DNA of 64,000 bases from Trichosphaerium sp. ATCC 40318 (taxonomy: Eukaryota > Protista > Tubulinea). The DNA lies in assembly GCA_038496445.1 (NCBI GenBank), contig JALMLS010000447.1, forward strand, positions 204,358 through 268,357, given 5' to 3'. Of the stretch, positions 1 to 13,027 are shown one piece after another; the first letter of the stretch is position 1, and every line of letters begins with the position of its first letter. The position numbers and the translations under genes are program-made. A model generated the notes under the pieces. That model was not told where the DNA came from. It did not search any database and worked only from the letters and a program-made list of their open reading frames with translations.

Positions 1-29
1 TTTCTGTAGTAATAATTGTTTTTCTACAG

Positions 30-1228
30 TTACAAATGACGACAGTTTTCAGTGGGGTGTATTCTTTGGATGGCCACTCATTCCTATTACTATTGTTGGT
101 ATTACAAGCTTCTCTTATGTGTTATACCGATTGAGCATGGTAAGAAGCAAGAAGAGCAACTGCCTCTACTTTTTGTTTTTTTGAGATAATTCTTAACACA
201 TTTTAGGGTCCTAAGACTGCAAAGGGCCATAAATCTCACAAGGATGAAGCTAGGAAGCTTGTTCTTGGTTTTATGGCTGTATATATAGTTCTTGCTTTGT
301 ATATACTTATATGGCGTATCCAACAAGACGTGGTACGTGTTAAAAAGAAAAGTTCAAAAAAAAAAGAGAATTAGCTAATTTTTTGTAAACAGGCGAATAA
401 TAGTGCAAAGAAGAAGGTTGAAAGTATGCTTCAGTGTCTTCTTCAAGTAGGCGGTGAGAACTGTATAGAAGATATAATTAATGTTCCTGCTTTGATGATA
501 CTATACATGTGTGCTATAGGTACCTAATCATGCCGTTGAGTGGCCGGCTGTCGCTTTTTTTTTTGTTGATATAAACAGCTTGTATGGTTGGCTTAAACTC
601 ATTTTTTATTTAAGCGAATGGTATTCCTATTTTCGTTCTTTGGGTTTCTTCTAGGTACGTTTCACGTTTTTTTTTTCTCGTGTTGGTTTTACGTGTATTG
701 TGGTGGCAGTGTTGTAACTTTTTAACAATAGAGCGTACAGGATTGCTGTCTTGCAGTTGTTTGGTATGAAGGACATGAATCTTACTAAAAGATCGAGTAA
801 AGCGTCTATGAAGAGTGGTAGTATTAATACACTTACTTCTCGGTCTCGTGTTGGGTAAGTATTTATTTGAAAAAGAGTTTTCTTATTTTTTTCTAATTTG
901 GAACAAAAACAACCTTGATGGTCAGTTTTCGCTCTTTGTTTAATTTTATTTTTGTAACAACATTATTTTATATATGCATACATAGTTTTAAAATATATTG
1001 AGATGGTGCATAGCTTGTCAAGCATTGTTTGTTTATCAGTTTTTTTTAATCTTTTTTTTTATTTCTAGACATGACGATGCTCTTTCTATTCGTAGTGGTG
1101 AAGCGATATGGACTCCACGTGAGAATGGGTCAGACTCAGATGTTGTAAACGAAGAAGAAGAAAAAGCTGCAGAAGCTAAGGAGTTGAAAACAGAGCGAGA
1201 TGTAGAAGAGCAAGCAGAAGAGTCTTAA
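30..1228 (+). CDS. 3' part of a multi-exon 7TM receptor, frizzled/smoothened-like GPCR (TM5-TM7 and C-tail); starts upstream of window
   Basis: Exons spliced by eye give FQWGVFFGWPLIPITIVG...KLVLGFMAVYIVLALYILIWR...QCLLQVGGENC...NGIPIFVLWVSSR...EEQAEES*. This is three hydrophobic helices with a Cys-x7-Cys loop before the last, as in Dictyostelium Fsl/Fsc receptors. Confidence 0.6.
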
Positions 1229-2610
1229 TACCAATTTTTGAAAGAACTACCAATGTATTTTTAAATTATAAAAAATGTACTTAACAACTCACTTAAAATG
1301 TTTTGTACGCAAGATCTTTAAGAGTATTCGGTAGATTGTTAATTAACGTATCTTGAAATTGTTACAAAGTTGTCACGTGGCGTGTAGAGTTTGTCTTTGC
1401 TTGTGACTAAACGATTTCTAAATTTTTTAAAGTACAAAAGCTAGTGATAACAAAGCTTGATTGAACCTGGCGGGACACTTCTTAGAATTGCCCGTTGATA
1501 TCAACTCAACTGGTAACGAATTATTTGTATCTGTAGCATCTTAGATTTCTTTGTACCTGGGTCTTGTACGTTGTGGAAAACAAGGGTATTTCTCTTCTTG
1601 TCGTGTTGGCCAATGAGAAATTGGAACGCACTGGTACAGTTCTTATTCTCGAGTATCCTTGGCTGGTGCATTCCATTATCAATGAAAAAGCGTTGTGGGC
1701 TACAATGAGAGGATGTTTGCTCTGTATATCATTGTGTTTGGTAATGATTGATACTGAAAAAGACGTCTGCAAACAGTTGGAGTAGGGTACTGTTCTAAAG
1801 GAAGTATAGCTTGTGGCTACGCCGAAAGGCGATCAAATAAGTGCCACTTACTTCAGTTCACTTAATGCATGCTTGAGTAAGAACTCGTACAGCTCACATT
1901 TCTTTGCTATTAATGTCGTTATCAGTCAAATTGATAAGCTTCACTGTTGTACTTTGTTCTTTATCAAGTGGTTCAATCAAGCTTTATAATTACATGTACA
2001 TTGGTAGTCAAGGTGAGAACTTCCATCAATTTATCCACATCGTTAATATTCCCAGCCTTTTTACCATTTGAGCAATGTTACCAACAATGCCGAGTTACTG
2101 TTGCTCTGGCTAGCCCACAATTGACTATATACAATTTTCTATCCTTTTTATTGGAGCAAGGTAAATTTATTCCTCTCGATGTGGCTACTAGAGTTATTAA
2201 GTAACAAGACAAATATTGGCCTTGTGCACCTTTTTATGTCCACGTTACACCCTTAGGCATTTTTTGTGTTTCAATCCAATTGTTTATCCAGATAACCTCC
2301 GCTGGTTGTTAGCTTAAAATTGTACGTACAGGGTACACTACCAGCACTGTTAGATAATAAACATCCGGAGTTCAAAAATGAGCTATTTAAAGCTGTGAGT
2401 GTATTAATATTGCGTTGAGCGTCCTGTTGTTTGCCACTTAGTAAAATTATTTTTACGTTTATTAGTTGCTGGTGATATTGACTTTGGTTTTTTTGCTACA
2501 TGGCTCTTAGAACACTATAGTTCATAGAATGGCCCCTTGCTGCTTTCCGTTTTGGTCACGGAAGCTTAATTAATTTGACCAACAAGCTCAATATTTGGCT
2601 TTCAGCAGAA

Positions 2611-4438
2611 ATGGCAAAGCTTAACGTGTTGACACTCTTTTTCTTTGTTTATATTGGCCAAAGCACGTGTGGTTTGGTTTCAAGGTGTACATGGCAAAAT
2701 AATACATACGCTCTGTATAATGATCTAGACGCTGACTCTTGCGAAATGGGTACGGTTTACTGCATTTAATAAAGTGGGCGAGCTCCTTGGCTTTATTGTT
2801 TTGTTTGCTTTGTAACACGTTATTATCGCTTTAGGCTACAATCACCTCATATTAGACAGTATTATGGAAGCATCTGTAATGACTTTATTTCCCGTACGTT
2901 GGATAAACGATACACAATTCTGCCGTTTTCGTTTTTCTTTTTTTTGCCGTTCAAAATCACGTGCGTTTTCTTTATGTGTTTTCACTTTTTTTATTTTTTA
3001 GCCTTTGAGTTTGAATGTTACCTCGATAAACACCACGGCAGACGTTATTGATTATTTTTGGTATGATGGCTCTCTTGTAAGTCCTATTGTGAGTAGAACT
3101 TTTGCTGGTAATTTGGTTGATGATAACAACTGTCCTTCACTTGTCGGAGGTGTACGCAACTTTCTCGTAATTAAAACAGTTCGAGTTTTTTCTTACATTC
3201 AACAGTTCATTCGGAATAATTGTGAATCAACCAATTTTGTTTGTGAAGCGCCTTCAGAGGATGTCCAACCAGTATCAACTCCTTGTGTTGAAATAACTCC
3301 GAATATATCTTGTGATCATAGAAGCTCTGTTTCATGTGCGGAAAAATATGAAGAAATGTTTTGTTCCTTTTTTTCTGATTTGTCTTTTCAGTTGCTTGCT
3401 ATACAACTTTTTTGTCGCGACGTACATGGCCTGAAGCTCAAGGTAAGTATCAATAGTTTGATAATACATGTAACGTATATAGGCCTTTGTTTACAACAAG
3501 GTGGACACCTTGCAACAATAAACAGCGCTGAGGAGTTTGAGTTTGTTGGCGGTTTGTTACCTCTAGATAACACAAGTACAGGTAACTGTACATGGATAGG
3601 ATTGACAAGTGGATACAGAAACGATCACTTTGACTTTCAATGGGTACGACAACTGCTAGCTAGCCATTCTATTTTTAGGATTTATTCGTATTCAAGGCAG
3701 TAACAAATGAACCACGTGTTTTTGGTGGTGAGTTTATGAAAAGCCCTTGGGGTTCTGAGGAGCCACAGAGCGTAGTGATTAGAGAAAATTGTGTATTGAT
3801 GTGTGGGAATGAGTCTGTTGTTGAATGGGCTGATGTACATTGCCATCGAAGAGAACTCTTTGTTTGCGAGATTCAGCAACCTGGTATGAGTTAAACTCCT
3901 TGAGAGTTTGTTCATTCAACTCAACCTAGACATAACACTTATATTTCTACTTAGGAGACTTTATACGAAATGATGTTGTTGTCCTCGTTGATTCAGACCT
4001 TTCCATTGATGGTACGAGTTTTGAAGTACCCACCAATACAAACATAGCAGTCTGATAACCTCCTTTAGGTACAGCTCGGTTCAACAACACGACACTTGAG
4101 ATACGAAAAGTAAATACAATACTTAATGTTACTGGATGTATTGTGGGTTCATTTAAGCTTAATCTAATGTCAATTGTGGTACACACTCAAATACCTGTTG
4201 GTGATTCGAACTAATCACTTTATTGTATTTTTAGGAAAATTCAGTACTAATATCACAGAGTCAAGTGTGTGTAGAGGTAACGCCATCAGTTATCTTGCGT
4301 ACAAACCAATGTCAGGAGCAAACAAGGGCATCAACATCATTAACAAGAACTCTTGATATTTCGACTTTCAAGTGTGCTAGTAACACTCTCATTGGGTGTA
4401 TTGTATTAATGCTTGCCATGGTTGTTTTGTTATTGTAG
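2611..4438 (+). CDS. Double C-type-lectin-domain surface protein, copy A (multi-exon, GPI-like tail)
   Basis: Signal peptide MAKLNVLTLFFF; CTLD motifs WPEAQ-x-CLQQGGHLATINS, WIGL, EPQ...ENCV...WADVHC...FVCE; hydrophobic end, TAG at 4436-4438. Confidence 0.85.
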
Positions 4439-4699
4439 AAGCAATAAAACTTGTACAAAGTAAACCCATTTCTACGAATATCACGTGGGAAATAAAAAGG
4501 AATAAAAATCCACATACAACTTTGTTGGACTTCGATGGTAAAAGCAAGAGGCTTTATATAACTCTTAAGCGTTCTTTGTGACTACCTTACCTTTAAAGCA
4601 TTTAATTATGTAACACCACAAGAGTGAGAGAAACTAAAGCAAAAGAAGAACATATTCATCTCTGTTAAAAACGAGGAAATAGTTGTTTTCTTTTCTTTA

Positions 4700-5300
4700 G
4701 TTCGCAACAAAAGCGGACATCAAGGGTATCGAAGCTTAGACGTATAATCTATGAACTCCTGAGAGGGCTTTAAACTTCTTTTGTAATACCATTACAGCCA
4801 TTTTATGGCAGTACCTATTGACACTGTACTGGTATGTGATACATTGCGTTTAAATGTATTGTACGCCCATTTAACTCAGGCTCAGCAAGCATCTGTTAAG
4901 GGCTGACCTGACCAGTTAACCTAAAGTTGTTTATAGATCAAACATTCTCACATACCAACACAGCGCGCACTCACTGCATTGTTAGGTCCAGCATTTTGTT
5001 TTTTTCAAAACCACAACTAGCAATTTAATACCTTCATCTGTAGCATGATTACAGCCAATAAGGCCAATAGTATGAACTCCAGCAAATCTTGATAAAATAC
5101 TATCAGTTACAGTACGAATCAGTGAGATTCTTGTATTCCATAGAATGCCACTGTCTGCTACCTTGTGATAATCAGACCTCAACTTTTTTTTGCAAACAAT
5201 AAGCAACGTTGACTGTCAGTACTTTTTCTCATTACTACAAGAACGAATCACAAAATGTTTTTTATATCAACAAGTATAGCATCTTGGTGCATGTTGAAAG
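4700..5300 (-). pseudogene. Degenerate LRR (F-box/LRR family) gene remnant
   Basis: FAGVHTIGLIGCNHATDEGIKLL matches the repeat unit of 23700..24894; flanked by stops and frameshifts. Confidence 0.6.
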
Positions 5301-5724
5301 ACGCGATAGAGGTGAAAAATACTTCAGTGGTGAGTAAAAACGCCTTAAAGATTCACTGAATTTCACTAAACATTTCTGTGCCCGTCTCAACTATAAACGC
5401 CGCTGCCGTAGCGGTGTTATTTATACGTGTATAAATAGGAAAAATAATTTTGTCGGAATATAAAAAAACCCCCTCAAGACAAACCATGTACTCTACAAAC
5501 CAATAAACAAAAACCTTATCTGAAAAAAGAAAGGTTCTATTTTTTGCACGTGTCGTAGATAACAAAATCCTAATTTGTTGCTCCTATTATTATAGAAAAA
5601 CATCATTCTTACTTGTATCACTATTTTGGAGTAATGAAGTGGTTGGTAGCACCAAAACAATTCGATCTTTAAAATTTTCTACATTGCAATGTCATTTGTG
5701 TCACAAATAACAGGTTTAGTTATT

Positions 5725-6068
5725 GGGCAGCACAGTTTTTGCAACAAAGTTTACAATTTGTCAAAATTGTAGAAATTGCAGAAATACATAAAATAGCAAT
5801 TGCTACTTTTACTGCATTTTATGGAATCTTTACAATACTATTTCTCATCACTGCAATCATTGTTGTACTATTGATTGTGCCTCATAGTATACAGTATACT
5901 ATAGAGTACTTTGAAGTAATGAGAAATTATTTCGTTAATGCACTGGTGAGAAAAGGTAGTGCCAGTGTTGCCAATGTATTTTTCACCTTGTAATTTTAGG
6001 TGTTTTCACAAATTCTCATTTAAGGCAATTCGGCAAATTGTAAAAATTAAACAAAAACTGTGCTGCCC
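5725..6068. mobile_element. MITE-like element (~345 bp) with imperfect ~45-bp terminal inverted repeats
   Basis: GGGCAGCACAGTTTTTG (5725-5741) and CAAAAACTGTGCTGCCC (6052-6068) form a perfect 17-bp IR, extended inward by TTTACAATTTG/CAAATTGTAAA; no clear TSD. Confidence 0.6.
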
Positions 6069-6358
6069 CACAAATACATAGTCTTTTTTGGCGGTCTCTT
6101 CCTACGGTTTAGTTACTTTACGCACTAAAGGGGCTTCAGATGGTCGCGACATTTTTGTATACATTTAAAGTACTCCAATAATCTTCTATAAATACTTGAA
6201 TCTCTTCTGTCTTTTTACTGTTCACAGCCTTAAGTATTCTAGTTTGATACGGTTAATTTACGAGATGAAAAAAAAAAAACCTGAAATGAACAAAAGGACT
6301 TAAGGCAATACGTCTTAACCAATACCGTGTTTTGTACTGCGTATAGCACCTCCTTGAC

Positions 6359-7068
6359 ATGAGCCAAGACAACGTAGCGTTACTGGGTACATCTACAGAC
6401 CAATGCGCTCTGGATATGCCTGACACTTCCGAAATTGTATCTGAAAAACACTACAAAGTACGTGAATTGTTTCTAAGCACAAACTACGAAAAGTTGTGGC
6501 AATTTGGTCATCACGTGTTCAAATTTTCAGGATTCTCTGAAATTACTTTCCTTGTGTGACTGCGATTGACTGTATGCAGTAATGTTGTCCTAAAACATCC
6601 TCTATGTCACGACAATAGTTTTTGTTTTGAAACATTCTATCTAACTTGTCTGACCAGGCACTAAAAGAAGTTTACCCTGATGCATACATGCATCCAAGAC
6701 AACTACATGTTTATCAACACAAAAATGTTGGCGATTTCTTCTGGGATGCACATGTCCCTGTAGACCTTCAAGACCGCGATGATATTGATCCAGCTTATTA
6801 TTCTGAGTCAATTGAGGACTTGAATAAGAAATCACGAGAAATAACATCTTGTTGTGGAAGTAAAATGCTATGGTGTATAGTAATCTTTATATTGTGTATT
6901 CTGATGATTCCTGTTTTATTATATGTATTTTGTTGGGTGCCTTACATTGAACGAAGACGAGAGAGAATGAAAGAAAAGATAAGAGAGATAAATACACGTT
7001 GGAAAAAACAGAGAATATTTTTTGTGCTAGATGACACTCAAGAGCTGAAGATAATCCATGAGTTTTAG
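6359..7068 (+). CDS. Small membrane-associated protein, Erf4/Golgin-A7-like (2 exons)
   Basis: Exon 1 MSQDN...KHYK spliced to ALKEVYP...; YYSESIEDLN, Cys-rich hydrophobic segment, then REINTRW...F pattern typical of the Erf4 family. Confidence 0.5.
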
Positions 7069-7297
7069 ATGGTGATTAACACTGTAATTGTAAACAAACC
7101 AGGGCAATAATCATTTTATATTTTACATTCTTAGATTCATTTTGACGATTCAATCACTGCTTAGAAAGAAAATGTAGCTATTTCTAATAAAGCATGTGAT
7201 ACTTATTACTGGCTTACTGACGGCCTATTGGCGTATTATTTACGTTACGTTTACTCTCCTTTTCCGCATGTTCTGCATTCTATTCTATTCTATTATC

Positions 7298-7451
7298 GTG
7301 CTCAAGTCCAGGTCTTGTTCAAGGAGCTCCATTCGGAGTCTGGCTTAAAGCAGGCAACGTGAGTTGCCTCCAGGCCCTTGGGCCTGGCTCCTTGTCTAAC
7401 CACTTGTCAGTCTGGTATATATACATCCAGCTGACCAGTGTCTGCATTTTT
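7298..7451 (+). ncRNA. Candidate structured ncRNA (unclassified)
   Basis: GC-rich island. Stem CAAGGAGC/GCTCCTTG encloses hairpins CTCC-ATTC-GGAG, GGCAAC-GTGA-GTTGCC (GNRA loop) and CCAGGCC-CTTG-GGCCTGG; a long 3' hairpin follows, then TTTTT. Confidence 0.45.
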
Positions 7452-7571
7452 GGATAAAATTTTGGTAAGGTAAAGAATGACACGTAGGACTTGAAGGCCA
7501 TTTTATGAATTTCGTTGAATTTTGAAGACAAAAAAAACCGCTAAAAGCAAAAAGCCTTGTTTCACTTTAAT

Positions 7572-10500
7572 ATGGAAAAGCGTGAGCCTAGTTATGAGGA
7601 GCTTGTATCAGTACATGGTAGATTCATTCCCACAGATATTGTGTTGGAAATCTTTAACCATTCATCTGATAATGACATATTTCAGTCGTTTGGGAAGGTT
7701 TGCGTACGTAGAGAATAAAACAAACGATAGAAAACGATTTAAACGAATTCTGGTATTAAGTTTTACCGAATGAGATTTCTTTTATCCGCATAGCGCTAAT
7801 AACGCGTGTGTAGTGGCAATGGCACCATCTAGCAAATCGTAAACTGGCAGATTTGTTTAAACTCTTTGAATACAAACTAATAAGCGCCGATGGTCGTTTT
7901 CATACGTTTCCTGAAGAGTTGAGCCAAGTATCAGTATACGGTATGCTATTTCACCAGTTTTAAAACTATCTTTGGCTTACGCGCTTAGACGAACTTGCTG
8001 GGAGCGGACAAAGCGTTGAGAGTAGTCTACTAGTTGTGTTTGATGTTATAAAGCAGTATAAGATGAATTTAACGAGATCTAAGAGTGCGGTTGGACTTTT
8101 CTTTTCAATATTTTTTTTTTGACTTTTTTTTAGATTTGCCGTTCAGTCTTGAAAAACATTGCTCTATCTTTAAGAAATTCGATTGTGATGCTTTTATTAA
8201 GTCTTATCATCTATGGAGTTGGGAATTTCGTGAACTTGGAACCCAGGATTATAAATTCGCTATTTATCTGAACACGAGAAGGTAATGACATCATTTTTTC
8301 TTTTTTTTTTTCTTGTTTTTCATTAAATTTTCTTTTCGATTTCTTCTCTTCGCACGTGGTTTGTATAAACCATCTTCAGTGGTGGTTTTATTTTAACCAC
8401 AATGTTGTTATCATTAATTCATATCTTTTGGAGCTAATTATTGATGTAGTTTGGCAGCAATGCTTTGTAATGAGCATGTTCCAAATGGAACTTTTTTAAA
8501 CGAATACTATAAAGAGCTTTTACTTTACCCTATGTCTAAGGCATTAGATGAATTTCTTATACCAATATCTGATCCTATACACCCAAAGGTAATATTTTCT
8601 TTAACATCAAAAAAAAAAAAAGACACACTGAAGAGCGCTATATTCCAGCAGAACTTCGCATTTGCAATCTCGTTTTTCACAATATTTTTTCAAACCTGTA
8701 TGTACTTCTCACGTGCTTAATATTTTTAGCTTATATATGGTCTCTGTGAACAACCAGCATCTATTAAAACACAGCTATTATCTTATCAACAATATTGTTT
8801 GAGTTGGATGCTTGCCATAGAGAAACGCGCTGAACATAAAGCTGGTACTTTTTTTTTTTTGTATACAAATAGTGTTTTTGTGATTAATCACCTGTTTTAG
8901 GTTTTGAATTGTACGAGTATCCTCATGCAGAATCAATGCGTTTTGTAACATATGACATACGTACGGAAAAGTTTGGTCACTGTGCTTCACAGGATAGAAC
9001 AACAAATGTTGTTTTTCCAGGAGGTGTTTTAGCTGATGAAGTAGGTCTTGGAAAGACTTTAGAAGGTAGGTGCTAAGTGTTGCATAACATTCTCACCACA
9101 TATAGCACTTAGTCTTATAATGGCAAACCCACAAAGAGTGGATTATCCAAGTTCATTGAGAGGATTGAAGACGTCCAAAGCGACCATAGGTATGATTAGT
9201 CTGTTGTTTGAAGGGTTGAGTTTTTCTTTAGTTTTTTGTCCGAGTCACGTGGCTCCTGAATGGCAACATGAGTCTTCAAAGCATCTTATAGATAATTTAA
9301 ACATCATAACTCTTATTACACTTAATGATTGGCGAACAAAGACGGTCGGTGAATTCATTGAAGCTGGTAAGAGTGTAACTTTTGTTTCAGTTTGTCATTT
9401 TTTTTTTCGAAAGTGTGGTGCTATTCTGTTTTTAATTTACTGATTGACGTATTAGATATTATTATCGTATCGCATAGCTTATTGATAAACCAAAATTACC
9501 TGAACACAAAGGTGATTGCTCCTGTTGGCGCGTATGTCTTTTCTTTCTCTTTTTTTTTTTTCTCCTTTTTTTCTTCGGCAAGAGCCCTGACTGTTGTACC
9601 TCATTGCTTATTATTTCTTATTCATTTTCTAAGCCCTTTGACTATGCAAAATGTAAGCCTTGAATCTTTTCATTGGCATAGAGCTATAGTAGATGAAGGT
9701 CATGAGTTGCTTGCATCCAATTGTAGACGTTAGCATTTCTCGTATTTTTCTTGATTGCTCATAACAACTTTTTGTAGAACAACTATTAAATACGCAAGCA
9801 ACATGTTATTGGTATCAATCAGGAACACCATTTCCAAACAAGTCCGTATTTAAGATAGAAATTCACAAATAGATTTTGCTCCTTTTTCTGTTTTTTCCGG
9901 TTAACAGTCAAACTTACTTTTCTTCGATAGATTCATTGTGCAACAAGTTATACGTTTCTTACATCCTACACCACAAAAAAGGAATAGTATATATCACTTG
10001 AATCGCCATAATAACGTATTTGATACCACTGGAGGTTCTGTGGCTTCTGGTCTTGAACCAAAATTCGTATTGTATGTATTTTTTTAAAATCCGCTCGAGC
10101 ATTTCCTTACTCATTGCATAGCATCAATTTACGGAATGTTATTATGAATAATCTAATATGGCGTAATACAAAATTATCTGTAAAAAGCGAAATGACTATT
10201 CCTGAGTACGCCATCACATCAAAAAAAGCTAGTTCTTCCTTTTTCTTTTTCTTATATTTTTCGGTTTTTTTGATTTGTTTTTCCCCGTTTTCAGCTACTC
10301 TTAGGCCTTGTACCTTGTGACTGTTTAGTACTAACATAAAAATTATAGGTACCAAGAGGATGTTAGGGTCGTAGATTTCTCACTAATGGAGCGTTTGAGA
10401 TATGAGTTGAAAGCGAGTCGATATCCCAGAAATACATTACACCAATATTGTAGTTTCTCTGGTTCTGAAAATAACTTTTATATTCCATCTCTTATAAAGT

Positions 10501-11995
10501 CTTTGGAAGGAGAATTATATACTAGGCCATCAGAAGCTCTTATACAAAAGTTCAAGTATGCCATGAGCTTTGTTGAGGTTCGTCTTTGTTCTGTTCTTCT
10601 TTTTTCTCTGAAAGTTCGTTTTTGGCTTATGGTTTTCATAGCATCCGTCTCATAGACTTCCACTTGAAACGGTTCTATCAATTCCAAAATGGAGACGTTA
10701 TGTATATGGTACAAAGATGGCAGCTTTATTAGGCTTCTTAGAGAGCTTGTGGGCTAAAAACAGCAAGTCAAAGGTTAGAATTATTTTTTTTCTTTTCTTA
10801 GAATCTATTCGTTTCATACACTATGACCCTTTGAGACCCTTAATTGAAGTGGCATACAAACAAATTTCTTTTACTGCGGTTTTAAACAATAACACTAGTG
10901 GTTTTATTTTGCAATGTTTCTATCCGATGACCGATGACGGAAGTACATGGTATTCTTATTTTTTTTGTAGGTTATTCTTTTTTCAAAATTTCCGAGAGTC
11001 TTGGAACAAGTTGGTGTAGTTTTGACAAACAACAATATCGATTTTACATGTCTTACAAGGTAACTTAAATATTCTGTTCAAAGGTATAAGTACTAAAGAT
11101 TTTTCTAGTGCTCTGAATGATAGGCATCGCTTTGAAGCTATAAATAGGTTCAAAACGCTAAAAGAAACAAAAGTTATCTTGCTTAGCCTTGATGAAGGTG
11201 CTTCAGGTATGCATACTCACCTGGTTTTATCACGCTTATAATTTTTGTAATTAGGCACAAACTTACAAGCAGCACATCATATTGTTATGCTTGGTACGCA
11301 AGAAGTGTTTTTTTTTTCTTTTCAGAATTTCTAGTTTTTGTTTGTTTTCAAAGTTTGTTCGTCTTGATCTCTCTTCTTGGTTTGAAAGTACTTTTTCTTA
11401 TTATTTTCGTAGATCCAGGGAGTGGCACTAAAGAAGAAATGCATTCAACTATGACTCAGGCAATTGGTAGAGCACACAGGTACTTGTTTATTGTAAATGG
11501 AGAAATAGTTATTTAATTTTTTACTTTGCAAAGGTTAGGACAAATGAAGACAATCACAGTTGTGTGGTTCCTTGTTCGTGATACAATTGAAAGTGAGAAT
11601 TACTTTGAACATGCAGCTTCACTTGCAGTCATGAAACATGAAGTTATACCTAACAAAAATGAGGTACAACCAAAACAACACACTCAACAAACTTTTCTTC
11701 CTTCCGCAACATCTTATCCAAAACACGTGATAATTTTTGAACGAAGCAAAAACTTCATTTGTTCAAGGGCCTAAGTGATATCTTTCTTCAGGGTTTAAAT
11801 GACTTATATCTATACTAGGACTCAGATAGACTTCGTTTGGCGAATGCACAAGTTATGATTATAAAAGAAGAACGTAAACTTAAAGATCTTTTAGCTGCTG
11901 GGTTTATAACTACAGAGCAATTTGATGAACGTAAAAGAATCATTCACGATACTTATGCGCCTTCTGATAAAGTGTCAAAATTGTTCGGAGTATAA
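7572..11995 (+). CDS. SNF2-family (Rad5/Rad16-like) helicase with F-box-like N-terminus and SHOCT-like C-terminus; many exons
   Basis: GGVLADEVGLGKT (motif I), FHWHRAIVDEGH (II), WYQSGTP (III), ILLSLDEGASGTNLQAAHH (V), QAIGRAHRLGQ (VI). N-term IPTDIVLEIFNH; C-term LKDLLAAGFITTEQFDERKRII. Confidence 0.85.
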
Positions 11996-12384
11996 GAAAA
12001 ACACGTGTAAAACATGTCACTGTAAAATTTAAATGTTTACCATTTGTTAACTTCCATACCAGTTGGCTATAAGTCGATACTATACCGCGCAAGATGCTGT
12101 TTTGTTGTAAGAAAGAGGTCTTGACCGCCTTTTGGCGTAGCTGTAAGCTAGACTTCCCTAAATTGTACCACTCCATCCAGATATTCAACAAAAATGTTAT
12201 CTACCTAGTACTGGTTTTCTAATGACTTCTGAAGTTCTATAGTGCGGCTGTAGTCGTTGTCTTTGTTTTTCTGTTGTTAACATGGCGTTCCATTCTATAG
12301 ACCTTGTGATGAGAAGGAGAATTTCTACCAAATGATTTGGCGTATTTTCTATTTGCTTGGCTCTCAACAACTTTTTTTTGAAAA

Positions 12385-12610
12385 TCAAATGTACCACCAA
12401 CGACTCTACCTCCAATGACAACAGATCCTCCAACTATGACAGACCCGCCAACAACTCTACCTCCAACAACATTACCACCAACACTTCCACCTACTGCACC
12501 TCCGATAACTTCGCCACCAACTACCACACCTCCTACACGGCCTCCTGTGTATGCACTTTCAGGAAGGCAGGGATGTGTGCGGAGATTATCCCAAACTCAG
12601 GAAAGTAAAT
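12385..12610 (+). pseudogene. Pro/Thr-rich (PPTT) mucin-like stalk fragment, probably a surface-protein remnant
   Basis: PPTTLPPMTTDPPTMTDPPTTLPPTTLPP repeats; the upstream frame contains stops. Confidence 0.4.
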
Positions 12611-13027
12611 AAGCACATGTAATTAATGACTTTGTTTCGTTTTTGTTTTGTTTATGTTGTCCATTGAGAAACTAGTTTTTTTCCTACAAAACCTAACATC
12701 AAGAAATGGTGTGAACTATTTGTGTGACAATGTATGGTTACGCAACTTATACTATTAGATGCTCCTGTTCAATGTGATTGGAATGTAACACTTGAATATA
12801 AGCGTATTTGTCCATGGCTATGATGCAAGGGACAAAAGATACAAAATTTAGAAATCACGTGATAAAACTACGGAACAAGTTAACCAATGCCTTAAGATTA
12901 CAAAAACACTCACTGTATGAGTCTTTGAAGGCCAATAAACAAGGTACACGATTTGAGAATAACTTCCCGATTATTTTTTTTTTGCTACCAAATACCAAAT
13001 ACTTGAATTTCAAAACAAGCTTCGACT

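Noticed and set aside
1340-2500. Short ORFs between the GPCR and lectin A
   Set aside because: No recognisable motif or consistent exon chain; possibly a decayed gene, but I cannot support a call.
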